62,887 nucleotides of DNA, filler included, from Phoronis australis (GCA_002633005.1; 5 parts of 5 records of this genome joined end to end with filler, not necessarily neighbours in it), one strand, 5' to 3'. Positions 38,701 to 51,732 are shown, counted from the first letter of the whole stretch. The notes: a model not told the origin generated them from the letters alone. A program made the numbers and translations.

Positions 38701-40306
38701 TTTTGTATAAAGTCATCCATTGTCTTCCTAAAAATGAAAAATAAAAGTGTCAAGTTGCCCCTTAAATTCCACATTTTGGGGTTTGAAGGGTCATGGGGTC
38801 ATACAAGCTGAAAACACGGATAACTTGCCCAGGTTTGAATGAGTCAATCTCAGCTGAAGCCAAATTTTACACTTTGAAACTTAATCGTGGGTTTGTTCTA
38901 TCTTAGTAGAATAGATATTTGACATCAAAACCACCGGCAAACACATGTCTTCATATAGTAATGAGCAATTGTTCGCAGCCACCTCAGCCAAAGTGAGCAC
39001 TTGTGACAATAACTACTAGTCATCGAAAATGTTGAGTTTTGAGATTTGAAAGTGCTCAAATGGTTGATAAATTATTGGGCTTATTTCTTAGCAAATAAAA
39101 TTTGATAAAACTAGTATTTTTGTTTTTTTTTTTTTTTACTGTGAATTACAATTTTGATGAAGAGCCCTTCAGGTGTCTCTGATATCACTGAAGAAAAAAT
39201 GGCTGATGAGGTGGTGGTAGTTAATGTAGTGTGTTCGTTGGCATAATCCTTCAAATCTGGTTTATGGAGCTTCAAAGGAATATCGAAAACCATGCAGAAA
39301 GCAATTGAAGCACTAACTGATTGCAGCAAGTCCATAGCAAGCCATCTGAAATATGTTAAAGTCATCGACCCAGTCCCGTTCAGTGACAGTGCTGAAACAG
39401 TGAAAGTGGCAGCTGATTCTTGCCAGGGTCAGAGTGGGCTTGTCTACAACAGTTTGCCCCCCCCCCACCCCACAGTTTGTGAAAATCGTCGATCTCAGCA
39501 TGGAATCAGATGGAGGCCAAGTAAAAGTAAGATATGTGCCCACCTTCATCANATGAAGGGCACAACCCTACATGAAGTAAAGCGACACTCGAGTACTAGA
39601 GTAATTTTAGTAACTTCTTCCAGTACTGACTTGTATTAGTAAAATATTCACTTTATCTCAATATTTAGGGTTTGTCTAAATACATTCCATTTTATGAATA
39701 CGCATGTGTAAAAAGTGGAAATTTGGTGTCCATTATCAAAAGATTTAATCGAGTCCTTGTCTCCTAGCTGACACCAATTTCTCATCTAATTCACTGTAGT
39801 CACTTCTGATTGGCCACATTGCTCTATCTGTATAACCAGAGATACATAATTTTCCAAATATGCAGTGGAACCCCATTACAATGAGGCCTAATTTAATTAA
39901 CATGACTAAAGTTTTAACACCGTTAAGGTCCCTAATACCTGAAGCATTCAACCTCATGAACAAGACTGGGGAAAACATTTGGGGATTCAAAATATAGCAT
40001 TCTATTGGGAGTTCTGTTATGCCTACTTTCCATAAAATTCTATTGCAGGTCTATGCAGAAATTGTAAGTGTTTACCAAAGAAGTTAGCCACTGTTGTTGA
40101 GCTTACTACAGAAAGAGTACTAGTAAGTAGTTAGTTAATGAATTGGAGTGTTGTTGCACAAAACCTTTTTCTGAGATTCTTGGTTCCAGGATTAAGTGTA
40201 TCAACATTTAATGATAGCAAAATAGTACCTGTAGTAGATTTTTATTTCAGTTGTATTGTGGTTGCTTATAAACCTCATAGACAAATAAAAATGCCGTGCA
40301 TTCAGA

Positions 40307-41076
40307 AGGATGCATAATGGTAGGTTGAGTATAACTGGCAGTTTATTATTGCTTAGGATGCAAAATGGAAGGTTGAGTATAACTGGCAGTTTATTATTGC
40401 TTAGGATGCATAATGGTAGCTTGTCGTGGCAGGTTTATTTCAGCCTCTGAAGCAATACAGTTGTCACTTAAATGCCAGGTCAGCGTTCGACTTGGCAACC
40501 TGCATGTCGTCAATGCGACCTCAAATTGTGTTCGGCGACCAGAGAAAAATTCCAGGTCGCCATGAAATCGCCACTGCAAATATCAAAGCCAGACTATAAT
40601 TCACTCTAAGTTTCCTTCAAAGTTCATGTTGAGTTGCAAACTTGAAACTACTAACAATTTTCCCAAAATTATAACCTTTGATTCACAATTGTTCTATTTA
40701 TTTCGTGAAATCTGCACATTTGCTAGGTCGCCAAATGCAACTTGACATTAAGAAGGCGCATGGTCTATGTGCCTATATGAAATTCAAATTTGATTTTAAT
40801 GTTAACAGTAAAAACAGACAATGTGTAAAGAACCTAATTCGTGATGTCTCACTTCTTTGACATGTTACGGCGTTTGTCGACGGACAATTCTCTTAGTCCT
40901 TGAATAACAGATGTCTGTTCATTTTTACTTTTAAGCTGTCGACATCTTTTCTTAACATCAGCAAGAGACTGTGACTTTTTCTTGTCCTTCTTAATCTTTT
41001 TCTTCTCCGTCACCTGTAGAGAATGTTGTTATTACAAGACATGTATAACGATTACTTTGCGTCAGAAAATGAAGCA
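40307..41076 (+). repeat. Direct repeat copy B of the ~10.06-kb duplication, truncated by the gap
   Basis: Matches 30265-31019. Confidence 0.92.
40849..41013 (-). CDS. Candidate terminal exon of the Lys-rich microprotein (copy B)
   Basis: VTEKKKIKKDKKKSQSLADVKKRCRQLKSKNEQTSVIQGLRELSVDKRRNMSKK*; same acceptor, stop and downstream AATAAA (40697-40702) as copy A. Confidence 0.45.
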   Translation of the reverse strand: MTEKKKIKKDKKKSQSLADVKKRCRQLKSKNEQTSVIQGLRELSVDKRRNMSKK

Positions 41077-41176
41077 NNNNNNNNNNNNNNNNNNNNNNNN
41101 NNNNNNNNNNNNNNNNNNNNTTAATTAATTAANNNNNNNNNNNNNNNNNNNNNNNNNNNNNNNNNNNNNNNNNNNN
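41077..41176. other. Artificial contig spacer
   Basis: N44-TTAATTAATTAA-N44. Confidence 0.97.
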
Positions 41177-41204
41177 TTTCTTGCACTACGAAGATATGGT
41201 GAAG
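41177..41204 (+). CDS. Possible exon 3' end, sulfotransferase-like (FLHYEDMVK|)
   Basis: Only 28 bp after the gap. Strong AAG|gtaagt donor; the peptide resembles the cytosolic sulfotransferase LFLxYEDMK motif. No following exon found. Confidence 0.3.
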
Positions 41205-42343
41205 GTAAGTACACAGGGTGTCCAAAAATTGTTCTCACATTTCATCCCAACGCCAGGATCAGGCTGCATGGTCTGTCGTATGGTTGCACAGTGCTATGAA
41301 CCGTCACGCTCTCTGCATGCACGGGAATAGCAAACGCAATTTATCCGGCAATGTTGATAGAATTTGAAAAAACGTCAAGGAAGTGCTATCTATCAAAAGA
41401 GGAGTTAAAGTTTCTTTTTGGTCACTTCTTTATAAACTTAAATCGTTAATGTTGTTCGTAATTCAATGTGTCATTTAGAAACAGTTGCGTTTACTAAGGG
41501 TGGCGTCCATTTCATTCCGTCTACCATACATTTATTTTGTGTCTCATCAAAAATTGACCATCACATCGGATGTCACATCGCGTGATATTTGACTTTACAG
41601 GAAGCATGCTTTGGTAATTAACAAGACCAGTCTCAGGCATCGTTTGGTTGCATCGCGCTTAGATAGATTCACAGAACTAGATAAAATTCTCCGAGTAACT
41701 GTTGATATAATTGTAGACAATTGCAGCTCGTTATTTACAAACGCTGATGTATAGTGCACACTAGTGAACCGGGTGTTACTGAACGGCATGATTGATGTGT
41801 ACTGGTCTAAAAAGGTACATGTACGAAACTACACCTTTCACAGTGTTACGAAAGGCAGCACTGTGGAATGTTGTGTAACGGGCTTCACCGACGTCATAAT
41901 ATTCAGTCATCCCTGTTGGTTGAAATCTGGGAAACCCCTTTCAGTTTAATGTTACGTAGTATGGCGATCAGTTATAGCTGATATAGTTGCAATTTATTAA
42001 AACGGGCAATGATCGAAGTAAACAAAACCAAGACAACCCCGGTCATTGGCTTAATCCCAAACAAGTAGTGCATAAAGGCCGCGTGCAAGTGATGGCGATG
42101 TGATGGGTAAACTTCCGACCAAGCATGGGCATTGATGTCCACAAACTTTTCAGTATACATGTAGGTGGCTCTGTGTCAAGGGGTAGTAAAACACAACCCA
42201 TGCGTTAAGTGAAGGCACATGACGTTTCGGACGGACTCTGCGTCTGCATCTCTCTAATACGTCACTGCATGCTCCAGCTAGTACACGTACACAAACAAGT
42301 ACTCCTTTGTTGAGTAAAGTGGGAGTAAAGTATGTGGTAGTAA

Positions 42344-43999
42344 AGGAGAATGCTACCCAAAAAACAACCTATTTTGTATCAATTTAGATCGAGTAGTTCT
42401 ACTCGATTACGACAGGGTCGGTTACGTTACCTAACACCTGGCGACAGACGGAGGTGTTGAAATTATCCAATGACGTAATTGGTTTCACACGCTGTCTGTT
42501 CAGCAGTTCACAACACGGGTTAGTGGTGTCAGCTTATCGTTTGAATTCATCAATTAACACCAATATATCATCAAATTTCGATGTAAAGCCCTTAAAAATA
42601 CGCCGAGTTCTTATAAAAATGTGTTGTTTTATTTCGTTGTTAGGAATTTTCTGGTGACACATCGTAGCCTACAAAGTTCGGCAGGCCAATTTACCAAGGT
42701 CCGTAGCACGAGTTTGGGCTCTGTTCGGAGATAAATTCGAAGTATTCTTCCGTGAAATACAAACAGGAGAACCTAGATCTGTGTTGTTTATACTTGTGAT
42801 TGTTTTAGTTCTGAACACACAAAACGCTGGTTATCCAGGCCAGTGGCTCGGAACCCGATCAGGTCAATCGCGGTCGCCGGGACTGGCACGAACATAAACC
42901 AACTTGAGTTGGAAAGTAAACCTCCAGTCAAGAAAAGACTATAATAGTGAGCCAAAGAAATAATGTGCACGTATTTATTTATGTGAATTAGGCACGAAAC
43001 TGAAAATCTACTTACTTGTTGGGGGCCGCGAAGTCAGGTTTCGCCTTCCACAGACCGTCAGGGCAAAGGTTATACACTCAGTAACAATGATTTGAATAAT
43101 GTATTTGTATTTCTAGATAAATATTCCCCTAACATGTGACAATAGCACATAAAATCGAGGAATTGTGTCACAACAGGTTTCTGTCAGCAAACACTGAATT
43201 AGCATGCGCTCACACGGCCTCGATGCCCGGTCATTACCTTTGTTGCCGGCATCATATGCCAGTAACGCAGTGGTTTATTCATATTGCTGGCTTCTCAAAA
43301 CATTTGCACTCGCGAGGACTCCAAGGCATTACAAATTGTATTTAATGAGACAGACTTTGTTTCAGTTTCATATAAGCATTGGTTAGGATCATTTTAGGAT
43401 GAGAATAATTCATTTTGAAACAGAACGCAGAAAAATAAACGTCTAAATGGCAACTCGCCCGGCGCCAATCCCGACTTAGTCAATAGCTCATCCGACGAAA
43501 ACTTCACGGATCGTTAGGTTTCACAGGCTATCAGTTCGAACCGGAATACACTGATCAAGAAATACTAGAGAGGCGTAGTGAACATTCACAGGCAAGGGAA
43601 CGTATGGATAATTCTTTGGTAAGCCGGAATTCGTCAGAGAAATCACTGTCGACGAAATGCCGGCCACAGACACGGAGATGTTTCCCGGCCTCACACTTGC
43701 TATTAACAGCATACCTTTCATTCTTCACTACCGCGAGCCACTTCCTAAACATTTCGGGCTCTCGAGGAAGTAAAAAAAAACGATATACCCGCTTTCTTCG
43801 CAGCTTTATAGTTCGGACAAGGGGGAACAGATGCACCGCAATATAGCGGCATTCACTCTGCAGACGAACCACTGACGTCGCTGCGTCGTTTCTCACCTTC
43901 CTCACAGGTTAACACGACACCTCTCGGCAAGGTGAGCGACGTGGATATAGACCGATTAAGTCGGTAAAAAAGAATAATTAAAGCGGGTGGCATTCTCCT
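42344..43999 (-). mobile_element. Non-autonomous Kolobok-like DNA transposon (1656 bp) carrying a THAP remnant
   Basis: 15-bp TIRs AGGAGAATGC(T/C)ACCC, flanks GTAA / TTAA, 5'-AG start. THAP from ATG 43852: MPLYCGASVPPCPNY...GISFF, frameshift in a poly-T run, then LPREPEMFRKWL...LRVCGRHFVDSDF. Confidence 0.8.
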
Positions 44000-44206
44000 T
44001 TAATTATAGAGCGCAGTAATCGATACGAAATAATGTATTGTCTCTAAAATGGTGTACACTAGCGGAAACAATAAAAACGAAACGTAGGAATTAACGTAAT
44101 CTAGTGAAATATTCACAAAAGTCATACTTCGGACCATTAGGCGACACTACGATACCCATTCATAGAAATGCTGAAACATGAAGCGAAGTAAAAACTTAAC
44201 GAAATA

Positions 44207-44306
44207 NNNNNNNNNNNNNNNNNNNNNNNNNNNNNNNNNNNNNNNNNNNNTTAATTAATTAANNNNNNNNNNNNNNNNNNNNNNNNNNNNNNNNNNNNNN
44301 NNNNNN
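44207..44306. other. Artificial contig spacer
   Basis: N44-TTAATTAATTAA-N44. Confidence 0.97.
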
Positions 44307-44382
44307 GCTTCCGGCGTACAGAGCGCCTATAGCCTCTACATCGCCTCTGGTTCGGGCCAACAGAGGCGATGGTCATTGCCTA
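44307..44382. mobile_element. Terminal piece of the Mutator-like foldback family (15323-16201)
   Basis: gcttccggcgtacagagcgcctatagcc...ggtcattgccta matches 16126-16201. Confidence 0.85.
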
Positions 44383-47013
44383 GCAAGATCTAAGACCGAT
44401 TTACCGTACTATGGCCAAAGATTTTATAGATAGTATCTTTGCTATGGCTTTGAGCGGTAGTTGTAGCGGCAGCACAAACCTTCCAAACTTAAAAAGCGGG
44501 GAATTGCCAGTGCTGTAGTGGGGTGCAGGCGCACGTAGGCGCAGGCCACCACCGTTTGGCATTTGAAAGTAGTGCCTACACACCGTAAAGGTGAGGATAC
44601 GGTGGGTTTTGGGCTCCAATATTTACCTCTAATTTTACCACTACACCACTGGACGTTGCCGCCAACTCCTGGAAAATAGGCACGAGTAACATACACGGGC
44701 TTAAAGTTTAGCCCACTGGCAGGCTATCTACTCTGGCTTCTACTATATTTTAAAACACTTTTGGTACTTTTCCCTGGTTAAGTACCATGCACCTTATTTA
44801 AAATGCCAAGTACAGGCCAGACCGTAGCAATCCATGTTGACTTATGCTCAAGTCACTAAAGGTGGAGCACGCCAGCTAGCACAGAAAAAAGTAAGCTCGC
44901 ATACGAACGGGTACCCGGCAACAGGGGGAAGCGACTAAGAAAAAAAAAACAAGAAGTAAATATCAGCCTAGTAACCAAAAACAAAACTTACGTAATGACC
45001 GGCCTACATGTACATGTATCTTGAGCCAGAGTCTTCTTGGCAGTGATTTGCTGTTCGCCCGAAGGATCATATGCCACGGCTGTTTCCAATTCTCCCACTT
45101 CGAACGAGAACTCTTCTCCCCACTCAGGTTTCTCAAGTATCATCCGTGCCTTACCCGTGAGCGACACGCGCCCGATTTTTCTGTCACATGGCAAAACCCT
45201 GCGAGATATATCTCATTTGGCTTACAGATAAGTGTTGCGGAACTAAGTTATGCTATCAGATATGATCAAAATAGTTTTAAATGCTAAGTTTACATTTTAC
45301 TTTAGCTGTAGTTATAAAATCACTGTCGATGAGTTTCCGCTTGTACAATACGTATCTTCGATGTCACCGTGAAACGTCGCTTTCGGAGGTTTTCACCCGA
45401 ACTGTAATATGATGAGGATGCACATCGCCCACAAAAAAATTTAAAAAATACAATTAAAATATTCATATTTTCCTTACTTAAATCACACATTTTTCTTGTA
45501 AATGGCCTGGTCTGAAAAACTTGTCTCAATAACCCCTTCGAGGCGCCGGGAACTGACACCAAAACATGCAGTACGTCAATTAACTAATGGGTTCTTACCG
45601 AAAATATGTATTTTAATCTTATAGTAGACGTTCATTATGCGTTGCCATGTTTGGAGGAAAGCATGATGACTAACAACTGCACGAGATATCACCAGGCGCA
45701 CCAACTCTTAGGTTTGGGGCTATGGTATATTAAAGGATAATCTTTTTTAAATCGACCCTTTTCATATTTAAATTGACAATTTCTAGGTTCATGAGATGAA
45801 AAAATCCTATTTCATTTCTCCTTTTTCAATATAAATTATCAAATTATAATTAAACTCGGATTGTAGTCTAGTGAGAGAAGGAGTTGGAATGGAAGCCCTT
45901 TCACACCATTGGAACGATGGCTTTCGTATTTTGTGACGACCCAAAAGTTTAATACGTAGCGTACGTTGTTTGTGAGAATACGATGATGTTTCTAAGAGAA
46001 ACCATTTCATTTGGATGCTGGACATACAACAAGAAATGAGTCTGCAATCGTGAGGGTCCTACTCGCTCATCAGTGAACTCCAAATCGGCAAATTTGAATT
46101 ATCGCCGTGACCATACTCAGCTTACGAAGCAGATACCGTGAGTACTACAAATCACTCGTGTCTTGGGTAAAGTAACGACAGGGCCCTATGATCTGTTTCA
46201 GGAAAGTGACTTGGAACATCAGACAAAAAAATGATCTTACATTCCCACTAGTCATAGTTGCCGAAAACAGGTTTAGCCAAATAGTTATCAGCACGTCACA
46301 TTCTAGAAAGAGTTAAATTAAATAGAAATCATCTTTGTAACAAAAAGTGATGTGTATATTCTCAGAGACATTGCCCTTTCGCTCAAGTGAGATTTAATTA
46401 TTTGTCCAAAATAGTTTTGTGGAACGTAACATAATGACCAACTGATGTCTTAAATCGTTGTTCACGTTACTAACCTTGCCGATGGATTCAGTTTTCAGCA
46501 CGTTTCTCAATTGTGTAGCATTCAAACAGAATTGCACGGTGCAATCCTAGTGACAAGTCCACATGTCGACATCAGTCTGCGATCCACTCTCAACCATGGT
46601 GCGAAATATGCATTCCAGACGACCAGAGTAAATTTCCAAACTAAAGTGTTCGCACACTACTGTTTCGGATCTCACAACACACAATAAATACTCGGCATCC
46701 AGATTTAGTCAAACACTCAAGATCACTCCAGTCGATCAGTCAACCAGTTCTCTAGAAGCATCACACGGAAATTAGAAAGGCGTTTAGAGTTGTGTCTTGG
46801 CTTCACCACCCTGATTCACAGTACTTACCAATCATGTCGTTTTAAGCTACAGTACACGGTAAATATAAAGACCAATCCTGTTAAATGAACCTATAACTTT
46901 AAGCTTATTTTCAACTCATGAAACCACACACTTATATAACAACTGAAGATCACATTACTTTTCCGTACATGTGTACAATGCCCAACGAGTTCACTTCCGT
47001 TTAGAACGCTTAC

Positions 47014-47190
47014 TTGTACATGTACACCTTGAGTTGATGCACGTTTCTGACTCCATTTCATCGCCGGTGCAGTTTAGACCGCCATTCTTCGGGGCTGGAT
47101 TCGTGCATCGCCGTGTTTTTAGTCGCACACCTTCGCCGCATGGTGCAGAACAGTTGCCCCATTCTGACCAAACAGTCCAGTTGCCATTCA
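47014..47190 (-). CDS. TSP1/WSC gene, exon 7 of those seen: thrombospondin type-1 repeat
   Basis: ttcag|...|gtaagc, 177 bp; VNGNWTVWSEWGNCSAPCGEGVRLKTRRCTNPAPKNGGLNCTGDEMESETC. Confidence 0.9.
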
Positions 47191-47472
47191 CTGAAATTAG
47201 TGAACACGCATACACATGCATACGTAGACCAAAGAAAACGTGTTCTTGGCTTATTGGTCTGTTAAGATGAATGTCTAGTAAGATTTGTGAAATCACGAAC
47301 TTATTTTCAAAGAATTGTCTGAAAATAAGTCGGCTAGAGAACAAGTCCACCATATCTGTAGAAGCATTCCATTGTGAGCAGTTGGTGAGCACAATGATGA
47401 ATTACCTGTTCGTCAGATCAGTCAAGTCACATTGAATTTTAACAGAATTTTGAATACAATAAGAATACAAAC

Positions 47473-47646
47473 CGGGGCATATTACAGTACAAGCAACGCT
47501 TTCCGATGATCCTCCCCTGCAGTTATCTCCACCGAGCGTAGGAACAGGATTAGTACAGTTCCGGTAGCGAATAATGGAACCTGATTTGTGGCACACTGTC
47601 TCTGAACAGTTCGACCAAGAGCTCCAATCACTCCAGTTTCCATGCA
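47473..47646 (-). CDS. TSP1/WSC gene, exon 6: TSP1 repeat
   Basis: ttccag|...|gtttgt, 174 bp; VHGNWSDWSSWSNCSETVCHKSGSIIRYRNCTNPVPTLGGDNCRGGSSESVACTVICP. Confidence 0.9.
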
Positions 47647-48916
47647 CTGGAATGCAAACGACGAATCCTCAACAAATCAATCTAGACCATAATTATGTGG
47701 TTGCAGGCGATGGTAACTACCCAAAGGGACAGTCGGGGCTGTTTTACACATTCCCGTATCACCAAGGCGTTTTCCCGTTGCTCCCAACTTGTTCGATTAT
47801 ATAGCCCAACAACAAGTTGGGAAGATCACCCTTGTAGCCAATATCTTACACGACTGGTTAACTCCTTCTGACATTCATGGTTGGAGGGCCGACTGTCTTT
47901 TGTTCGATAATTGCTCTAATCTCCGATCAGATCATTTCTAGCCTGACTGCTGTGCTGCTAAAATGAAAGTTAAGTTATAACATATTTGAGCATAAACCAG
48001 TAGCAATCCCGAATTCCTTGAAAATTGCTGACGATGTTTAGTTTTTGAATCACCAAAATCGCCCAACTACAACAGAAGCTAAGACAATCCATTCTGCCAG
48101 GTTTCAGAAACCCTTTAAAGACTGGGATAAAGTAATTGGCCTGCTTGTTGTCATACAGAACAAAAGACTATGCTGGGCAGTTAACAAAGGATCCAGATGT
48201 TATCGCACGTTTAGAGCCCGTCACGTCAACGACAGAACGCCGTCATGGTCTGAGATGAGCTATAGTGTCTTAATCATGATGACGGGTAGGTGCAACTGGC
48301 TGATGTACCTCTCCACCATCTCGCCCTTCCCTTTCAGGCAATATCTTTTTGTCACTTCTCAGGTCCTTTTTCGTTCAAAGGCCCTACAAGGTCACTTAGA
48401 AACATCATTGACGCGGATGAGGCAGAGGGATCCTCAAGCACTAACTTGGCCGTTCATGCAGCGTACGTGTACATGTACGGCTATTGTAGGTAAAGGAGGA
48501 GTTCACTAGTTTGCACCTGTCTATCTCATTTCACTATACAGACACGATATTATCAGGCACATACATGTATATATTGTAATAAGAATATGACATTTGATTT
48601 AGAAAGAGGCGACATAGTCAAAGCAGTGTAAGTGCTTAATATTATTCTCACAAAAGTAGTTCCACAAAAATTTCACATCCAACAGGCAGGCCTGATTCAA
48701 ATGATACAAAGAAGCTATGCATATGCCATCCAAAAGGTCGTAAAGAACAAGTCTCGTGTCTTCAAACCAATAATATGTTCTTGAAAACAGTGGCTGCAAA
48801 AACAATTGAAACTAACATTAAAGCAATGGGTAGCTGGTATTCTACATATACGTAAGACGAAAGGCCAAAGTTCGATAACAATTGCGACGTCTCTCCTCGA
48901 CAATCTTGAATCTCAC

Positions 48917-49099
48917 CTGCCGAACAGTCGTTTGGTGCTGTGCACGATTGAATTTCATTGTTGGGCCCTTCACAGACCAGACCCCGCCCAGGATCCGGTG
49001 GCGGGTTGGTGCAGGTCCTCGTGCGGTTACGGTATCCGTTTCCGCCACACGTGGCATTGCATGCAGTCCAATTACCCCAGTTAGACCACGTGCCGTTTA
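48917..49099 (-). CDS. TSP1/WSC gene, exon 5: TSP1 repeat
   Basis: ttccag|...|gtgaga, 183 bp; VNGTWSNWGNWTACNATCGGNGYRNRTRTCTNPPPDPGRGLVCEGPNNEIQSC. Confidence 0.9.
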
Positions 49100-50641
49100 C
49101 TGGAATAAATAAGAGCAAAAACTCGGATTGGAAAATTGGTTTCGGTAATTGTTTGTGTACAGGTTTATGGCCAATTCAGATGAATTCCGTGTGACCAGGG
49201 GTGTAAGGCAGTTAAGAAGTGGCACCAAGGGACTCATTACATAATTGCGTTTAGCCAATTGCCGGAAAATAGTTTTGGACGGCCGGGACTCAGCGAAACC
49301 TATGTGTTGCACTTTGTAACAGGTTGCTTATTCAAGACTGTACAATAACGTATTGCAACAAAATGGCAAAATGGGGGTACTGCAGGTGTAGGTAGTCTTG
49401 TTTAGTTGATTCCTTGATGCATTAAAGTCAAAGAGTCCGTCTCCTGCGCTCATACAGTAGCTGGTCTAAATCATGAGAACGACTTTTGGCCCTGTAAACT
49501 CAGTTCCGTAACTTCCAAACACGGCCGATCCGCACTCAAACAATGTTTTGTTCCAACCAATAAGTAATGCTCGGGAAACACAAACTCCGCTCCGGCATCC
49601 TTAGCTGTACGAATTACAAACTCTTCGCAGCAGAGCCGTGCGTTTGGTTGTTAATGTCATGTCAGACGGCATATAGTACTTCGCTCATAGATTTCTACAA
49701 TACCCGCTGCCGTCAAGTGATCTGGCTATTCATGCGCGCACAGGCGCTAGCGGGGCTCGAACGAGCCCCCATTTGGCGTAGTGGGCAAAAAGGACCGCCT
49801 CTGAGAAACAAAAAGTATGAGAAATGAGACAATTAAAGTCCACTAAATAAGCACAGACGCGCAATTCACAATGGTGCCCCCCTTTTTTTCTTTTACATTT
49901 TTGTTTTATTTTTTTAGCCCACCCGCTTTTTTGTGACCAAAAGGTCTTCAACGTCAGGAATTCGAGACCCTCATATTGAAGGCTGGGTGCGCGCATGCTA
50001 TAGGGGAATCTAGTCGAACGTAATATTGCGTACAGGAGCTGAATTACCGCATTAGCGATTACTTCACTGGCATTAAAAGCAATGGCTAAACTAAATTGGT
50101 ATATGGTAGACAAAATCTGGGGATTTTCAATCTGTTTGGGTTTGAAATAAAATTCCTCGCTAGTGATCAAGCTGAAATCATTTTACCCGAAGATATACGA
50201 TAAAATTTTCAGCCAAAATAAATGCGTTATGTGAAGGTTTCAGTCCTCTGGTACCCGTTGAACCATGATTGAAAATTGGTCGTGATGCCGAACAAAATAC
50301 TACGGAGACGCTTGTTCGGCATAACACTAGCCGTATTTAGAAACCGCTGTCGTCTGAAATTGAAATTGACCAAACGGGAAATTTGTCTAACGGCGTGAGT
50401 TGTATTGTTCGGTTGCTTGGTCTTTGTGGAAAATCCTTTCAATGTCTGGTCTGTCTTTTCATCAGACTCCAATTCTCCTTCTTATAAAAAGTCCACAAAT
50501 ATACGCAGATTGCAGAGATTGGTAGATCATCCAGTGGTACATGTAATCTCTTCCTCCGAATTCTCGCTATTTTGATAATTCCGGGCAAGGGGACTTCAAA
50601 AAGAAAAATAATTTATATTAGCAGTAATATACAGTACTTAC

Positions 50642-50929
50642 CAATCACTGCTTTCAAAACAAAATGGCCACTAGGTCCTCCGCACGTCTCGGCAGAGTCT
50701 CCTGTACATGGTGTAGAACAGTCAGAGTCATTCAGCTGACCATATCTACCGAACTCATTCCCACACCGACACTGACCAGAAAAGTACAAGCCGGCATATT
50801 TATATCCTAGGTCACGACACTCATGTCTACAACTCATGCGTGTGTTTGACTGTCTCCAGTTCCCTAGCTTTGTCAAATCGCGGAATCCGTATAGGCCGTC
50901 GGGTCTGTTTCCAAAGCATCCAGGAATTC
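50642..50929 (-). CDS. TSP1/WSC gene, exon 4: WSC domain
   Basis: ttttag|...|gtaagt, 288 bp; IPGCF...SCRHECRDLGYKYAGLYFSGQCRCGNEFGRYGQLNDSDCSTPCTGDSAETCGG (8-Cys WSC pattern). Confidence 0.9.
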
Positions 50930-51064
50930 CTAAAAATGTGACGATTTTATTTTTTTCCAGAAGTTGTTACGTAATACAATGAAATGATTTCCGATGGATT
51001 CTTTTTAGAATTTTTATCAGAATAATTAATGATATAAATGGTGAAACGGGAATATTGCCAATTT

Positions 51065-51300
51065 AAGCCAATCCTGTACGTGTATTTGACTGTCTCAAGT
51101 ACGCAAACTCTTTCAAATCTGCGAAACCATACAGATCTTTGGATCGAAAGCATCCAGGTATTGTTACAAAATATGACAAATTAATTATTTTCCAAAAGTT
51201 GTTACTTAAAACAATGAAATGATTTAGATTAATTCTTTTTAGATTTTTTATTAGAATGGTTAATGATAAAAAGGGTGAAACGGCATCTTTAAACGGAAAT
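51065..51300 (-). pseudogene. Truncated duplicate of WSC exon 4 5' end plus upstream intron
   Basis: IPGCFRSKDLYGFADLKEFAYLRQSNTRTGLA*; the acceptor AG is lost; the intron sequence parallels 50930-51075. Confidence 0.7.
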
Positions 51301-51694
51301 AGGGCCGTGTTAAGCCAATTCGGTACAATTTATTTACTGGAGGATATTTCGGAAATTTTTATTTGATTCCCATTAAAAATAAATTTAACAAAATAGCAAT
51401 TCGATTCAAACCCGATATGTAACGCTCTGAATAAGCTCCGGCAACAGTGTTCTCTCATGTTTGCGTTATGATAACTGTGCTCACTGACCGAACCACCCGT
51501 CCGCTTTCCAATCCAACCCTCAACACCTGACAATTTGCCAGCCTTAGTGAGCAATGATGCCAGCAACTGAACAGGTAAAACAACTACAGCAATTCAGCCG
51601 CTCAGACATGTTTGCAGTGTAGAACTTTCATTAATATGTTTACTGGCAATGAGAAAAACATTTCAATACAACAAAAAGACAAAGAACACCACAG

Positions 51695-51701
51695 ACACGC
51701 A

Positions 51702-51732
<31 letters not shown>

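Noticed and set aside
37080-40050. L1/Tx1-like and Academ-like peptide traces at about 37.1, 39.2 and 39.8 kb
   Set aside because: Too degraded to assign by eye; would need blastx against a TE protein library.
30265-41076. The direct repeats as LTRs of a retrotransposon
   Set aside because: No gag/pol, PBS, PPT or TG..CA ends seen, and both copies run into gaps. Tandem duplication is preferred, though a non-coding LTR element is not fully excluded.
48045-48509. 154-aa ORF and other short track ORFs antisense to real exons or TEs
   Set aside because: No motifs or splice context; consistent with random or shadow ORFs.
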